Assembly (NCBI GenBank): GCA_024711405.1
Contig: JANJSZ010000042.1
Location: 1 to 60,946, forward strand
DNA length: 60,946 nucleotides
Source: Acidovorax sp.
GTDB lineage: Bacteria; Pseudomonadota; Gammaproteobacteria; Burkholderiales; Burkholderiaceae_C
Direction of reading: 5' to 3'
Positions 59,332 to 60,946 of the stretch are shown here, in pieces. Both the position numbers and the translations under genes were made by a program. The notes under the pieces are model-generated. The model saw only the letters and a program-made list of their open reading frames with translations, ran no database searches and had not been told where the DNA came from. Positions within the stretch are counted from its first letter, which is position 1. Each line of letters begins with the position of its first letter.

Positions 59332-60946
59332 ATGATGAAACCCCCCACGTCGCCACAAAAACCTCGTACCTCTCAAAGCGCCACGGCGGGGGGCAAAAAA
59401 CCAGCGGTGCAAAGGACGCAACGCGAGGCAGAGGATCTACAACAGACCGCCTTGGATCATGCGGGGGAGTTGGTCAAGCCTGCGGCACAGGATGCGTCCA
59501 GTGGCATGAAAAGAGCAGCCGAAGCACCTTCGACGCAGGACTTTTTCGACTACCAGCGGGACTTCTTCGAACGCTCGGTGCTGTTCTGGGACACGCTTCG
59601 CCAGCGCGCGAACAACATGCTGGATCACGAGCGAGCCGGGTTGCCGCCGCTTCTGGACTTCAAATATGAAACGCTGCTGGACGCGCGCAGCTTCGAACGG
59701 CCCGTCAACTATGCACTGCTGCGCATCACGGAAATCGACGGGCATTGCTGGGACGACTGCGTCGACTCTGACAAACCGCCGGTCATCATCGTCGATCCAC
59801 GCGCGGGCCACGGCCCCGGAATTGGCGGCTTCAAGCGCGACTCCGAAGTCGGGATGGCCATGCGCGAAGGCCATCCGGTTTACTTCGTCATCTTCTTTCC
59901 GGAGCCAACTCTGGGGCAGACCCTGGCAGACGTGTTGCATGTGCTGCGACGTTTCGTCGAAGAGGTCGCACTACGCCATCCTGGCAAGCCTCCTGTGCTT
60001 TATGGAAACTGCCAGGCCGGGTGGGCGGTGACACTGCTGTCCGCAGACTGCACCGGTCTGGTCGGGCCGGTCGTGCTCAATGGCTCGCCTTTGTCGTATT
60101 GGGCCGGCGAGTCCGGTGTCAATCCGATGCGTCTTTCCGGAGGTTTCCTTGGCGGCAGCTGGCTGGCGCATCTGACGGCCGACCTGGGCAATGGCCGCTT
60201 CGACGGGGCCTGGCTGGCGCAGAATTTTGAGAGCCTCAAGCCCGAAAAGGCGATTTTGGAGAAGTACGCCCAACTCTTCACCAACGTTGACAGTGAGCAG
60301 GGGCGCTTTCTGGAGTTCGAACGCTGGTGGACCGGGTTTTATTTCCTGAGCCGAGAAGAGATCCTCGCGATCGTTGAGAACCTGTTCATTGGTAACCAAC
60401 TTGAGCAGGGCCTTTTCCAGATTTGCCAGGGTTGCACTGCTGACCTGAGGCGGATCAGGAATCCAATCGTCATCTTTGCCTCTTACGGCGACAACATCAC
60501 GCCACCGCACCAGGCGCTTGGGTGGATCCCCGCTGTCTATAGTGACACCGATGATCTCAAGCGGGCAGGGCAGCGCATCGTTTACCTCACGAACCCGCAT
60601 GTCGGCCATCTCGGCATTTTTGTCTCTGCTGGGGTGGCTCGTCTGGAGCACCGGGCGATCCTGGAGAGCCTGGCTGAGATTGAGGCGCTGGCACCGGGCC
60701 TCTATGAGATGAAGATCGACAACCCGTCCGGGAGCCTGGACTGCCATAAGCCCTCCTACAGCATTCGCTTTGAATCCCGTCAGGTTGAAGACTTGAAAAC
60801 GGATTACCCGCAAGAAGCCTTTGAGCGGGTGAAACAGGTCTCGACATTCAATGAGGCGCTTTACCGGGCATTTGTCAGTCCCTGGGCACAAGCGTTCTCC
60901 ACGCCCTGGACAGCCGAAGTGCTTAAGTGGCTCCATCCAATGCGCA
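59332..60946 (+). CDS. DUF3141-like alpha/beta-hydrolase protein, partial (runs off the window)
   Basis: Not in the ORF track; RBS GGAGG then ATG; reads DYQRD..ERSVLFWD.LRQR, RPVNYALLRI, VDPRAGHGPGIGGFK.DSEVG, GNCQAGW. Confidence 0.88.
   Translation, partial: MMKPPTSPQKPRTSQSATAGGKKPAVQRTQREAEDLQQTALDHAGELVKPAAQDASSGMKRAAEAPSTQDFFDYQRDFFERSVLFWDTLRQRANNMLDHERAGLPPLLDFKYETLLDARSFERPVNYALLRITEIDGHCWDDCVDSDKPPVIIVDPRAGHGPGIGGFKRDSEVGMAMREGHPVYFVIFFPEPTLGQTLADVLHVLRRFVEEVALRHPGKPPVLYGNCQAGWAVTLLSADCTGLVGPVVLNGSPLSYWAGESGVNPMRLSGGFLGGSWLAHLTADLGNGRFDGAWLAQNFESLKPEKAILEKYAQLFTNVDSEQGRFLEFERWWTGFYFLSREEILAIVENLFIGNQLEQGLFQICQGCTADLRRIRNPIVIFASYGDNITPPHQALGWIPAVYSDTDDLKRAGQRIVYLTNPHVGHLGIFVSAGVARLEHRAILESLAEIEALAPGLYEMKIDNPSGSLDCHKPSYSIRFESRQVEDLKTDYPQEAFERVKQVSTFNEALYRAFVSPWAQAFSTPWTAEVLKWLHPMR

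Noticed and set aside
59437-60936. Minus-strand ORFs of 167 and 321 aa
   Set aside because: The real gene is the plus-strand DUF3141-like frame, missing from the track because it has no stop in the window.
1-60946. CRISPR array, tRNA, rRNA or a tRNA-derived att site
   Set aside because: I saw no regularly spaced repeat-spacer array, cas gene or cloverleaf by eye; a short att duplication could have been missed.

Overview
GC-rich (Comamonadaceae/Burkholderiales-like, inferred) mosaic genomic-island region with no housekeeping genes, tRNA, rRNA or CRISPR recognised. Left to right: a broken tyrosine-recombinase module whose recombinase is fused in frame to an IS3-type transposase N-terminus; SRAP; a CadR/PbrR-controlled cation-efflux/lspA cluster; an EamA transporter; an integrative element (XRE + excisionase-like gene + integrase + degenerate HD/MobI-like gene) carrying a type I RM operon with a two-gene nucleotidyltransferase TA-like cassette wedged between hsdS and hsdR; several small TA-like orphans; an operon of two very large tyrosine-recombinase-like proteins plus an unknown third gene; a stand-alone AAA+ ATPase; a Czc-like HME-RND cluster; a chromate cluster (chrBA-chrC/E-chrF, SOD-rhodanese frameshifted); an uncharacterised three-gene TIGR04255-like/HTH/unknown operon; a complete IS66 (8-bp TSD) and IS5 (CTAA TSD); a relic of a second hsdR; and a large copper cluster (CusRS-like, OMF, multicopper oxidase, cupredoxin, CusF, cytochrome c, P1B ATPase with an early amber codon), ending in a partial DUF3141-like gene. 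The best candidates for undescribed systems are the TIGR04255-like trio, the NTase cassette coupled to hsdR, the twin giant recombinase operon and a family of short repeats at module junctions. Family names come from motif recognition only; no searches were run.
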